Shown here: positions 27,454 through 39,143 of the stretch, piece by piece
Layout of the letters: every line of letters starts with the position of its first letter
Numbering within the stretch: position 1 is the first letter of the stretch
From: Octopus vulgaris
Lineage: Eukaryota
DNA: 64,000 bases
NCBI GenBank assembly: GCA_951406725.2
Contig: OX597814.1
Span: 24,614,001 to 24,678,000, forward strand
Reading direction: 5' to 3'
The notes under the pieces: model-generated
Told to the model about the DNA's origin: nothing
The model's database searches: none
The model's input: the letters and a program-made list of their open reading frames with translations, nothing else
Made by a program: the position numbers and the translations under genes

Positions 27454-27638
27454 GACATCGTACACTGATTGCACACTACACAATATATTGGCTACAATAA
27501 TGCTGTGCCTTGTGCTTGTCAAAGGAATAGTGTTCCACATGATACAGAGAGCAAACTCGAATGGAAGTATAATTCATCATTTGTTTAGTAACAAATCTGA
27601 TAATGACAGTTGCAATGATGGTAGAAATCTAATTTCCA
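27454..27638 (+). other. Candidate 185-nt exon
   Basis: Single open frame TSYTDCTLHNILATIMLCLVLV...GRNLIS, good donor CAG|GTATGC, weak acceptor. Confidence 0.2.
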
Positions 27639-28619
27639 GGTATGCAAGAGAAAATTGCTGAAATATAGTTTATTTCTGGACCTGATATTATAAGTAATAT
27701 TGTATATTTCTTTCTCAAGTAATCAGAAAGATTTCCAAGATGAATATATTCCCATATGTTTAGAACGGAATTATTAAACCTATTTCTGATTTAAACCTGT
27801 CTCTTTTGGGAAAATGTCTAACGCTAAAACTCTAAATGACAATTAAATACCTAACTGTAAGCTGTAAATGTCTAGTCTCAGGTTAAACACATTTGCACTC
27901 TGCTAGAAGATTTTGAAGTGTGTTTGACATAACTTTAAGCATAGTAATTACTATGAGAGACAGTTTTGAGATATAAAATCACCATTTGGATTCTATATGC
28001 TATCACATACAGACCTATCCAAAACTACTAATCACAAGCTGTGATATGCATGGAAGACAAAGAAGTGGCTAAAAGAAGATTTAGATTCTTTCTAATTTCC
28101 TTCCTCTAACAATCACTCAACTTGCAATTTTCCTCCTTTCTGCTAACATCTATGGACTGGTCCAGAGTTGATCTAACACATGCAACATCTACTTTTCTCA
28201 TTTAGGCTATAAATCACTCATCGCTTATGAAAGTTACAATGTTGTCTACCTCATCCTATAAAACTAGTTTTGTGATTGACCAAAAGATAATGTGAACTTT
28301 CTGAGGAAGTTAGCACATCAAATCACTTATAAAGCAGGATAACTTTCAAAAATAATGTGTTATACTGGTCAATTCAAAGACATGAAATTATATTAATTAT
28401 ACTATTTAATCCCACGCCAATCTACATCTTCATTGGATCTGAAAGATAACAGCTTTTAGATATATGTGTGCCAGACAAGTCCCCGTAAAAACCCTTGTGC
28501 ATTCTTATTTTCCTTATACTTTACTGTATGGGTTCTCATATAAATCTAAACCGATACAACAGTTATTTAAGCATCAATTATTTTTCCTTTAGACTATAAA
28601 AACCTCAGGACTGCAAGGG

Positions 28620-28830
28620 AACCTTTACATTGACTCTAAACCTACTCAGAGTAGTGACTAAGTCTCCCTCACATTATGCAATACATCTTAATAAGGGGAC
28701 ACATTGAATAATGTAGTTCTAGATGTGTGACACTTGAAAGAATGACAGAAAAGTTATAGCTGTAATGTTTTTGATCATAGGTCTACTTAGTCATGGCTGA
28801 CCTGAGGTTAAAGAATATCAACAACAACAA
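28620..28830 (+). mobile_element. Old interspersed repeat (retroposon tail, (CAA)n end)
   Basis: GACACATT...TGTAGTT...TTTGATCATAGGTCT shared with 55620-56035; inverted relics near 44850 and 57140. Confidence 0.5.
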
Positions 28831-29061
28831 TCAACAGGGAATAGAAAAGTTTAATGTGAAGCACAATTACTGTGATGTCTGTTGGTACACATTTATGTAA
28901 AAACTGAGAATAAATATTTCTGGATCACAGAAACAGGTCATCAAAGTCATTCATAGGTTAAAATTTATGACCAGAACTAGTGATACCTGTGGCACATTAT
29001 GGCATATGTTTATCTTTTCATTTTCTAAACTAATATAGTTATTATTATTATTTCAGTTATA

Positions 29062-29277
29062 TGGTGGCGAGCTGGAAGAAATGTTAGCACACAGGGTGAA
29101 CTGCTTAGTGGTATTTCGTCTGACTTTATGTTCTGAATTCAAAATCTGCCGGGGTCAACTTTGCCTTTCATCTTTTCAGGATCGATATATTAAGTACCAG
29201 TTACGTACTGGAGTCAATCTAATCGACTGGCCCCACTCCCCCAAAATTTCTGGCTTTGTGCCTAGAGTAGTAAAGAT
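29062..29277 (+). mobile_element. SINE family B variant
   Basis: GGTGGCGAGCTGG head and conserved core; 14-bp TSD ATTATTTCAGTTAT (29047-29060 / 29276-29289). Confidence 0.8.
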
Positions 29278-29489
29278 TATTTCAGTTATTTTCTGTATCT
29301 CATCCCTATGATGGATTTAGATGGGTTTACTCTTGGATAACAAGTCACCACCTGTAATCTCAGCCATCCAAGAACTTCAAATGATCTTCACCATTCTTAA
29401 CAAGCTGGCCAGTACATTATTTACATTATTTACATCTGACATATATTTGTCCTCATCTTGTTTGTTGTTAACACAATGTTGTTAACACA

Positions 29490-29763
29490 CTGTGGTTAAG
29501 AGTGCAGGCTACTAACACCAAGATTCTGAGTTCGATTCCAAGCAGTGACCTGAAAAATAACAATAATAATAATAATAACATTGAAAAATACCTTAGGAAT
29601 GAGAACCCAGGTTCGAAATTTCCCCAAGACACCTGAAGAAGGCTGGAGTGTATATCAGCCGAAACGTTGTGTTAGCAACAAACAAGATGGGGACAAATGT
29701 CCATTGGATGTAAATAATGTAAATAATGTACATAATTCCTCATCTCTTAAATATAGAATTGTA
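29490..29763 (+). mobile_element. tRNA-headed SINE-like element with Penelope-type hammerhead tail (family E)
   Basis: Head TGTGGTTAAG...GAGTTCGATTCC, internal (AAT)n, hammerhead at 29628-29673; inverted copy of its 3' part at 29412-29480. Confidence 0.75.
29628..29673 (+). ncRNA. Minimal type-I hammerhead ribozyme motif
   Basis: GACAC-CTGAAGA-A-GGCTG-loop-CAGCC-GAAAC-GTT-GTGTT: stem I GACAC/GTGTT, stem II GGCTG/CAGCC, stem III ACGT, GUU triplet. Confidence 0.7.
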
Positions 29764-29765
29764 AG

Positions 29766-29886
29766 CTTCTTCTCCTTCTTCTTCTTCTTCTTCTTCTTCT
29801 TCTTCTTCTTCTTCTTCTTCTTCTTCTTCTTCTTCTTCTTCTTCTTCTTCTTCTTCTTCTTCTTCTTCTTCTTCTTCTTCTTCTTC
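29766..29886. repeat. (CTT)n microsatellite
   Basis: Direct inspection. Confidence 0.95.
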
Positions 29887-29934
29887 TCATTATTATTATT
29901 ATTATTATCTAGCACACCAAACAAAAATGCTTAG

Positions 29935-30142
29935 AGGCATTCAGTTGATCTTTACATTCTGAGTTCAAATTTTGCTGAGGTTGACTTCACCTTTCATCCT
30001 TTTGGGGTCGATAAGCTAAGTACTAGTGAAACACTGAGGTCGATGTAATCGACTCTTCTCCTGCCCCCAAATTTCAGGCTTTCTGCCTTCAATTGAAAGG
30101 ATCATTCTTATTACTAATTTATATATATTTTTTATTATTATT

Positions 30143-30183
<41 letters not shown>

Positions 30184-30392
30184 GGCAGTGAACTGGCAAA
30201 ACCATAAGTTTGCCGAGCAAAATGTTACCAGCATTTTCTCCATCTGCACATTTTGAGTTCAAATTCTGCTGAGATCGACTTTACCTGTCATCCTTTTGGA
30301 GTTGATAAAATAAGTACCAGCTGAGCACTGGGTCAATGTAATTGACTATCCCACTCCCCTAATTTCAGGCCTTGTGCCTAGAGTAGAAAGGA
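29935..30392 (+). mobile_element. Two older SINE-B copies separated by (AAT)n
   Basis: TGAGTTCAAATT...TCATCCTTTTGG core appears twice. Confidence 0.7.
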
Positions 30393-30459
30393 CTATTATT
30401 GTTATTAATTTATTAATTCATCTATGATTATTATTATTAATTTATTAATTTATCTATTA

Positions 30460-30848
30460 CTAGCAGTATCACCCGGCGTTGCTCGGGTTTGTAAGGGAAA
30501 TAACTATATAAGCATTTTTAGAGAGTTATAGCCAAAAAATGCATTAATAATGGAAAAAAACTGATGGTAAATTTTTTTTAAATCGTTGACTCATCGTAGA
30601 CAATTTTAGAGAGTTACTTTCCTTATATAATAGCGAAAGAAAATGCATTAAAATGGAAAAAAATGATGGCAAATTTTTTTTTTAAATCGTAGACTCATCG
30701 TAGATGCGCGCTAATACCCAGAAGGGCTCGATATGAATCACGACTATAAGATACCCAGTTTTGGTTAAACTGCACCGTAAAATGTGGGAGTAGTTAGGAA
30801 TCTAAATCGTAGGAGACAGACACACAACCTTACTTTTATATATAAAGA
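30460..30848 (-). mobile_element. Non-autonomous Helitron
   Basis: Reverse complement: A|TCTTTATATATAAA 5' end, hairpin ACCCGAGCAACGCCGGGT, 3' CTAG|T; internal ~80-bp duplication. Confidence 0.85.
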
Positions 30849-31052
30849 TTATTGATTGATTGATTTAGTTAATTTTTTGTTTGTTTTCACATCTTCGACA
30901 TGTAAGTGCTTTTTATCAGAACTTTTATAATTATAATTTGCATAGAATATATATAAAAAATAAGAATTAAATAGGTATTAATGTAGACACATGGTAATAC
31001 ACATTCAAATGTACATGTATTTTCCAGTTGCACATTTATATTTAGTTATATT

Positions 31053-31355
31053 CAGGTGCATGGCTTAGTGGTTAGGGTGTCAGCATCATGATCTTAAGAT
31101 TGTGGTTTCAATTCCTGGACCGGGTGATGCATTGTGTTCTTGAGCAAAACACTTCATTTCGTGTTACTCCAGTCCACTCAGCTGGCAAAAATGAGTAACG
31201 CTGTGATGGACTGGCATCCCGTCCAGCTAGGAAACACATACGCCATAGAAACCAGGAAACTGGGCCCATGAGCCTGGCTAGGCTTTAAAAGGGTGCATTT
31301 ATTTTATTGAGGTGCACCTGAGCACTGTATACAATAATTTCATCATTATTATTAT
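31053..31355 (+). mobile_element. tRNA-derived SINE family D followed by a CR1/L2-type 3' tail
   Basis: TGGCTTAGTGGTTAGG...GGTTTCAATTCC head; 31311-31353 matches the LINE end at ~60033-60075. Confidence 0.75.
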
Positions 31356-32113
31356 GAAGAGAAATCAAAAGCACATGCAAATATTCGTATATGGATACCT
31401 ACACATACATTGATAACAGTTACGTATACCTTTGTTTTTGCTCGCTCACATATAAATATATTACTCATGAAATTATATAGTAGAGAAATATTTTTACATT
31501 AAGTTTACACAAAATTGGTTCAAAGTCTTTAAACTAGAAATTATTTTTTAAAGAAACACTACTAGTTAATTTTCTAGTTCAAACTTGTGAATGTGATATA
31601 AAACATTTCAACAATTTCCATTTTCTATTTTTCTGTTTCATGCTAAGCAATTGATTACAGTCGATCTACAATTAATGCTTCTTCTTTTGTTATTTAAGAC
31701 ATTTCAGATGAAATCCAGCTGGCATTTGTCCAGAACTGACTTTGTTGAATACACCCATCATGTACCTGGTGAAAAAAAATAACATCAAAAACACAAAGAA
31801 ATCAATGAAATTGGTGAGTCAGTTATTAGGAAAATTTCTATAAATCAATAGAATTCTACTTTCTGTGAATCCATGTCTCTCAGGCTAACTCTAAATTTTC
31901 TTTACTCCAACTCTTTGAACATCTAAAATAAGAGAAAAATAATGCATTTGACTTTTCTTCCTTGTTCTTAATAGAAAATAAATTGCTTGACTAGTTTAAG
32001 GTGAATGAAATATCGAGGAGTAAAAATTTCATAGAGATCCTTAAAATGAAACTTAAAAAATGACTTTCTTCAATAGGTTTGTTTCTTCATGCTGAAGTAC
32101 TGTCATTGCATTT

Positions 32114-32452
32114 ATCATCATCATCATCATCGTTTAACGTCTGCTTTCCATGCTAGCATGGGTTGGGCGATTCGAGTGAGGTGTGGTGAACCAGATAGCT
32201 GCACCAGACTCCAATCTGATCTGGCAGAGTTTCTACAGCTGGATACCCTTTCTAATGCCAACCACTCCGAGAGTGTAGTGGGTGCTTTTACATGCCACCG
32301 GTATGAGGGCCAGTCAGGTGGTACTGGCAACGGCCATGCTTAAATGGTGCTTTTTATGTGCCACCTGCACAGGAGCCAGTCCAGCAGTACTGGTAACAAC
32401 CACGTTCAAATTTTTTCACATGCCACCAGCACAAGTGCCAGTAAGGCGACGT
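32114..32452 (-). mobile_element. RTE 3' UTR/tail copy
   Basis: (CAT)n-CGTTTAACGTC..., GTGCCAC subrepeats. Confidence 0.8.
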
Positions 32453-34151
32453 GTCATACCATAAATGTAGTATATGCAGTGCAATGTCTGGACATAGACA
32501 TTATGAACATCTCCTCCCGTTCCATGATCACTGACAATGGGTCTACTGCATTGATAACCGGGAATGACATTTTGTGTAGAAATGTTAAAAAGATATTCAT
32601 TCATGAGAAACCTATACCTTCATTAGTAATTTTTGAATGTTTCAGAAATGTACTTTATTCATGATGTAAAATATGACTGACCTTAATTGCTAAAAATCAG
32701 TTACTTCCCCTCATATTTTAGATTTAATTATATTAAATATTACTTAAGTTATATATCAGGGATGTGTCTATTGTCTTAGTAATTTAGATAATAATTCTTT
32801 ACTCAACATTAGTGGAACAAAACACAATGTGTATACAAATGTTGGACAGCACTAAATATTTTGCTTCAGAGAAATATTTCAAAGAAAGTAGCATTTTAAA
32901 AATATAGGGCTTCACTCAGAGCACTAGGGGTTCCATATATACATTGTTTCATTCTGATTTGTTCATCTCAGCAATGACTAAAAGCCCTGGACCAAAAATT
33001 CCAACCATAATAGCTTTCATAGAAATCAGTGATGAGAAGCAAAGTGAAATTAAGCACTTTCCTTAAGGACATGATGTGTTGAGGAAGAGCTGGCCAATTC
33101 TAGAATAATATAGTTTATATGAAGCAGTGAAGAGTTAAAAATGTATATTGGAAATAAAGGAGTGAAAAAAAAGCAACAGTTTATAACTTTTGATTTATAT
33201 TTCAGAATTCTAGATTTAAAAGTCACTTCAAAAAGAAAGGCATTATTTGATCAGCCAAGTTGGTCAGATCATAATGCATAAGTCAATCTAGGATCAAAGG
33301 CTTTCTAGACCAGAATATAGCACTTTATATTTTGCAAGATGTGTTTGTGTGTGTGTGTGTAAATATATGTACATAAACATATGTATATATATATATATAT
33401 ATATACATACATATATATATACACACATATATATATACATACATACACTGGATGTGTAATGTCAGTGTGAATACACTGAGAGAAAAGTTGGACATAAGAA
33501 GGATCAGATGTGGTGTGCAAGAGAGACGAATGCACTGGTATGGTCATGTGTTATGTATGGATGAGGACACCTGTGTGAGGAAGTGCCACACCCTAACTGT
33601 GGAAGGAACCTTTGGAAGTGGTAGATCTAGGAAGACATGAGATGAAATGGTGAAGCATGACCTTCAAACATTGGGCCTTACAGAGGCAATAACATCAGAC
33701 TGAAACCTTTGGAGATATGCTGTGATTGAGAAGACCCAGCAACTAAAGTGTGATCACAGCCATGACCAATGCCAGTGTTGCATGTCCAGCCCATTTAAGA
33801 GTACCCTTGATGCATCGGGCGATATGATATGCTCAAGAAAACCTGTTGAACCAATTAAAATCAAAATCGTAGCTATGGCCAGTGGCTCCTAACTAGCTCC
33901 TGTTCCAGTGGCACATAAAATGCATCATCCGAAAGTGGTCGATGTTAATATCTCCTGACTGGTTCCTATGCTGGTCGATGCCAGGTCTACATGTCTGGCT
34001 CCCCTGCCAGTGGCATGTAAAAAGCACTATTAGAATGTGGCCAATGCCAGTACCCTCTGACTGGCTCCCATGTCAGTGGCACATAAAAAGCACTATCCAA
34101 ACGTGATCAATTACAAGGTGGAGACAGGCACCTTCACCCAGCTAAGCCAGC

Positions 34152-34196
34152 ATTCAGAGACTAGTTTCTGAGTTTTTGCTCATCATCCGTCTGGAT
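34152..34196 (-). ncRNA. Type-I hammerhead fold at the centre of a ~130-bp hairpin (34111-34239)
   Basis: Minus strand ATCCAGA-CGGATGA-TGAG-CAAAAA-CTCA-GAAAC-TA-GTC-TCTGAAT; one core substitution (U4 to G). Confidence 0.6.
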
Positions 34197-34281
34197 TAAC
34201 ATGGCTTACTAGTTGGAGATGCCTATCTTGCCCTTGTAAACATATAATTATTCTAGTGAAATACATTCACTGAGTTCAAAA

Positions 34282-34523
34282 ATAGAAATAATACATTTCT
34301 AAATCTCTCAGTGAGATTTGAGCAGTAGTGATACCATAAAGTAGTTGTATACTGTCAATTTAATGTGACAGTCTTATGAAACATAAGTACATAGGGAATG
34401 TGTCAAGGCTGACATATAATTCCCTTCATGGAACTGTCACATTAAGTTGACAATATACAACTACTTTATCATATCACTACTGCATAAATCTATCTGAGAG
34501 ATTTAGAAATGTGTTATTTCTAT
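34282..34523. repeat. Imperfect palindrome with ~100-bp arms
   Basis: ATAGAAATAATACATTTCTAAATCTCTCAG... pairs with ...CTGAGAGATTTAGAAATGTGTTATTTCTAT. Confidence 0.85.
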
Positions 34524-34717
34524 ATATATATATATATATACTGTTAGGTTAAAAGCACCCAGCACATACTGCAAAGTGGTTGTTAGTAGGAAGGGCATCC
34601 AGCTGCAGAAACCAGACAAAATCAGACAGAATCCTGGTGCAACTCTCTGGCTGTCAGCTCTGGTCAAACCATCGAAGCCGTACCAGCATGGTAAATGGAG
34701 TTATAGGAATATTATTA

Positions 34718-34748
<31 letters not shown>

Positions 34749-35282
34749 GATGAGGAGGAGGAGGAGGAGGACGACGGCGACGACGACGACGACGACGGCG
34801 ACGACGACTAATGCATCGCTACACATGTTTCCACAAATCACATGTCTCTTAAGATCACAATCCATATTCCTGCATGATTACAGTGTAGTCTGTATTATCT
34901 GAGGGCATCAGGTTGATCATCATGGATTCATTTCTTCAAGCAATATAACATTAATGGATGTTTAACAGAGGGATTGTGTTATGTGTGTATTTCTGTGTGT
35001 ATTTGGTGGGAAGGAGGGGAAGGTGATGGAGAGAGGAATGAATGATAGTTATATAGAGATGGAAGTGTGTGTAGTCATGTTGGACTTATTTTACTATTCA
35101 GTCTGCAGATGTCAAGCATGGGTAGCACAATCCCGTGTTCAATCTCATTTGAGGTATGGCTATTTTGAATGAATTCTTAAGTAAACAGGTCAGCTGGTAC
35201 ATCCACTACAGCCATCAGCTTTTGAGGTTTATTGTCTGAATTGATAAACGATACTTTCCTTGGGTGACAGTTTAATTGTTTC

Positions 35283-35698
35283 ATATTTCTTTACTACCCA
35301 CAAGGGGCTACAAACAGAAAGGACAAACAAGGACAGACAAACGGATTAAGTCGATTATATCGACCCCTGTGCATAACTGGTACTTATTTAATCAACCCCG
35401 AAAGGATGAAAGGCAAAGTCAACTTTGGCGGAATTTGAACTGAGAACGTAGCGGCAGATGAAATACCTATTTCTTTACCACCTGGGGGGGATAAACACAG
35501 AGAGGACAAACAAGGACAGACCAATGGATTAAGTCGATTATATCGACTCCAGTGCGTAACTGGTACTTATTTAATTGACCCCAAAAGGATGAAAGGCAAA
35601 GTCGACCTCAGCGGAATTTGAACTCAGAATGTAGTGGCAGACAAAATACCACTAAGCATTTCATCCGGCATGCTAACGTTTCTGCCAGCTCGCCGCCT
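35283..35698 (-). mobile_element. SINE-B tandem dimer (full copy plus 5'-truncated copy)
   Basis: Two copies of the body; one ~18-bp TSD TGACA(G/T)TTTAATTGTTTC flanks both. Confidence 0.85.
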
Positions 35699-36619
35699 TG
35701 ACATTTTAATTGTTTCTGTTGATATAATGCATAGCATTCTAAATACTGGTTTATTTGTTTATTTGTTTGTGTTCCTTCCTTGTTCTATAATATGCTAAGG
35801 GCAGTCGATATTATTCTATTTCAAAATGCTTTTTTCAAATTCCAGAAACGATGTTTTACATTTATGCTTACATAATATGATCACCTCAGTGTGTGTATTT
35901 GTCCCCTTTTCCTTGGATGTGATGATTTCCCTGGATCTGATGATTTTTAGGCATAAGTTGCACACCCGTGATATTCCATTGTATGATGCAGCATTTATAA
36001 TGTACCAGTGGGTGATTGATAATGCTCTCTGGGTATTGTGCCTTCTCTGTCTTATTCTGTATATGTAATTTTATTATTATACCCTGCTCTAGCTATTGCT
36101 GGGTTATAATAGTCAGCATGCATATCAAATATCCTTTTATTCACAGATTGTCTGGATATTTTATTACTCATGCTTCTTGGGATGCTTTGCAATATATGAT
36201 CCAAATGGTTGGATCCTTGGCTCACCCATTTTGAGTTCTCATTTGGCTTATGGAATGGTTTGAACTTTCCATCGATGAGATTAAGCTTTACATCTAGGAA
36301 TTTACCACTCTATGATTTTTTTCCTATTTCATTTTCCAATCCAAAGTTCTCAAAAATTTTTTAAAGTTTTTTCTTGCATCTTTCTGTTTCTCTTTTGGCT
36401 CCCAAACATGTGTATGAACATTTACGCTGCATAGCAATGAGACATGGGCTGTGACTACTGAGGATATGCAAAGGTTTGAAAGATGCAAAGCTGGCATGCT
36501 TTGCTGGATGGGTAATGTCAGCATGCATGTACGAGCAAAACGCCCCATTATATAGAGACAACACAGTGTTCACAATACATATAAGTACCAACACACATTC
36601 ACACACATTTGCATAATGT

Positions 36620-37378
36620 CTGAAAATACTTTCTCGCCACATTGTCCCATGTCTTCCTTGGTCTACCCCTTCAATATGTCCTCTCCACGATTAGAGATTG
36701 GCTTTTCTTGATGTCCTTATCCATACATATCTCATGACCATACCAGCACAGTCTTCTCTTACACTATATTTGATGCCTCACTTACACTCTGTCATCTCTT
36801 ATATAAAATCCGTTCTGTGTGTGTGTGTGTGTGTGTGTGGCTTCTAGGATCTCAGAAACCCTCCATCCACATGCACTCAAATTTGATTTGTAGATACCGA
36901 CAGTATCAGGGTGGGTATAATACTTGAAAAAATTACAAAAATCGATTCCAGGTGAGAATGCGATCAATAAAGCTATGGGAAATCATTTTTCTTTGGAATA
37001 GAAAAAAGTCTATCTTTATTTCTTCTTTATTTCTTGCTGCTGTCTCAAATTTAGGTTAAATCAGTGTTTCTCAAAGGGGAGGCCTATGGAACGGTCAGAC
37101 AAGTTGTTTTGAGAAAATTTGGTTTAAATGTTTGACAACTCAGCCCCGTCCATTGGATGGGTGGGGGGCGTTTTGCTCGTACATGCATACTGACATTACC
37201 CATCCAGCAAAGCATGCCAGCTTTGTATCTTTCAAACCTTTGCATATCCTCAGTAGTCGCAGCCCATGTCTCATTGCTATGCAGCATAAATGTTCATACA
37301 CAGGCATCATACAACCTACCTTTCACTCTGAGGGAGAGGCCTTTTATTATCAACAAAGGTAACAGGTCACTAAACTTG
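36620..37378 (-). mobile_element. RTE ORF relic split by a Helitron
   Basis: MLHSNETWAATTEDMQRFER...WMGNVSMHV at 37180-37290 continues at 36794-36620. Confidence 0.75.
36795..37179 (+). mobile_element. Non-autonomous Helitron (CTCG-end variant)
   Basis: A|TCTCTTATATAAAA 5' end, GC-rich subterminal hairpin, 3' GCTCG|T; removing it restores the RTE sequence. Confidence 0.65.
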
Positions 37379-38179
37379 TGATATATATATTTATATACAT
37401 AATATTGTAAATATATATGTATAAATATCATTCAGTATTGTCTTTCCATTTTAAAGAATAAAAAATAGAATCTGATATGAATGAAATTTGGTTACTTTTT
37501 CTAGCATGTTATGTAACTATGTGTATGCTCCTTCATCGATTTAAATCTCTAGTTTGTATATTTCACATGTGGATGAATTGATTTATAAAGAATATCAAAG
37601 TATAAAAGAATTTTTCAGAGCCATTTGGTGCATTCTAGACACTACCACACACACACACGCACGCATACACATACACACACGCATACACACACACACACAC
37701 ACTTACATACACATACACACTTACACACACACACACACGTGCACACATAAGATGTTACTGAAATAAGATGCGATGTGCATAAAAACACATAAAAACCAAT
37801 GCACATTGCTATTCATACGCACATACTTCTATTTCTGATTGTTGCAAAGCACACAATAGATATGTTATATTTGTATGTTCCTTATGGTTCCATAAATATA
37901 TCTACATTTCCATATTCCTATCATTAGGTAACTCTCTCTCTCTATATATATATATGACATTTTGATAACTAGGGGTGTCACAAAAAGCTAACAGAGTAGA
38001 GCATTGGATTAACTGCATGGCAGTATACAGCTTCACCCACAGCTTCACAATTTAAAAGGCCTGAAGTTGAGTTTGTTTCTTCATTACTCTGGATCTAAGT
38101 AATACGAATCAGTAATATACTGGGTTCAACTCAGTTGAATGTGCATTTATGTAAAAGATCTGTATTTAACAAACAATTG

Positions 38180-38254
38180 TGTGTGTGTGTGTATGTATGT
38201 GTGAGTGTTTGTACATGTTTGCATATACATACACATGTATATACATACATATAT

Positions 38255-38311
<57 letters not shown>

Positions 38312-38358
38312 TAGATAATTATACATACATATATATATATGTGTGTGTATGTACGTGC

Positions 38359-38402
<44 letters not shown>

Positions 38403-38634
38403 CATCATCATCATCATCATCGCTTAATGTCCGCTTTCCATGCTAGCATACATACATACACACACGCACATATATATTATCATCATCAAATATATTTTCT
38501 TAATGCATGTATTATGATACTGTTATCAAGTATCTTATTTTTTTTTAGCATTTTACGTCTATACATATGTTATATATATATATTACAATGAATATATACA
38601 TAATACACGAATAAGTGTGTATGAATATGTCTTG

Positions 38635-38671
<37 letters not shown>

Positions 38672-39066
38672 TATTTTTAATACACACACACATATACACA
38701 CACACAAATATATATATGTATAAATGCATGCATGATATATATTTGCATATATGTGTGTATGTGTGTGTATATATATATATGTACATATATATATGTATCA
38801 ATGCATGCATAATATGTATACATAAATACACACATACACATATATATAAGTATACATATATATACACACACATAAACATATATAAATGCCTGCATAATAT
38901 AAATATATGTATATATGTATGTATATTACTCAATCTGTTATAATACATACATATGTACAAATACATACATCCATATACACACCTGTATATATATATATAT
39001 ATATGAGAAGAAAATGTATATAATAACAAGAACACACCTAAGAACATACCCCCCTCTCTCTGTATA

Positions 39067-39097
<31 letters not shown>

Positions 39098-39104
39098 GAA
39101 CCAA

Positions 39105-39140
<36 letters not shown>
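38180..39140. repeat. Complex TA/CA/TATG low-complexity block
   Basis: Direct inspection. Confidence 0.9.

Positions 39141-39143
<3 letters not shown>

Larger units (their letters stand above)
33448..34750 (+). mobile_element. RTE-clade LINE 3' part (ORF end plus 3' UTR), interrupted at ~34110-34545
   Basis: WMCNVS..LREKL...RRMHWYGHVL.MDED...GRSRKT* is the RTE ORF C-terminus; the UTR resumes at ~34550. Confidence 0.85.

Noticed and set aside
29490-29550. tRNA-like sequences here and at 4525, 31053, 47498 and 62462
   Set aside because: SINE heads with A/B boxes but no complete cloverleaf; each runs into a repeat body
29581-29934. Poly-Phe and poly-Lys ORFs
   Set aside because: Read-through of a SINE into a (CTT)n microsatellite
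31708-31812. Exon-like segments with good splice sites (also 48421-48465)
   Set aside because: Stops in all three frames; could only be non-coding exons and there is no further support
35720-36300. Possible old LINE coding relic on the minus strand
   Set aside because: No motif could be read convincingly
37061-37075. CAGTGTTTCTCAA, resembling a hAT/Charlie TIR
   Set aside because: No partner TIR or 8-bp TSD found; lies inside a Helitron
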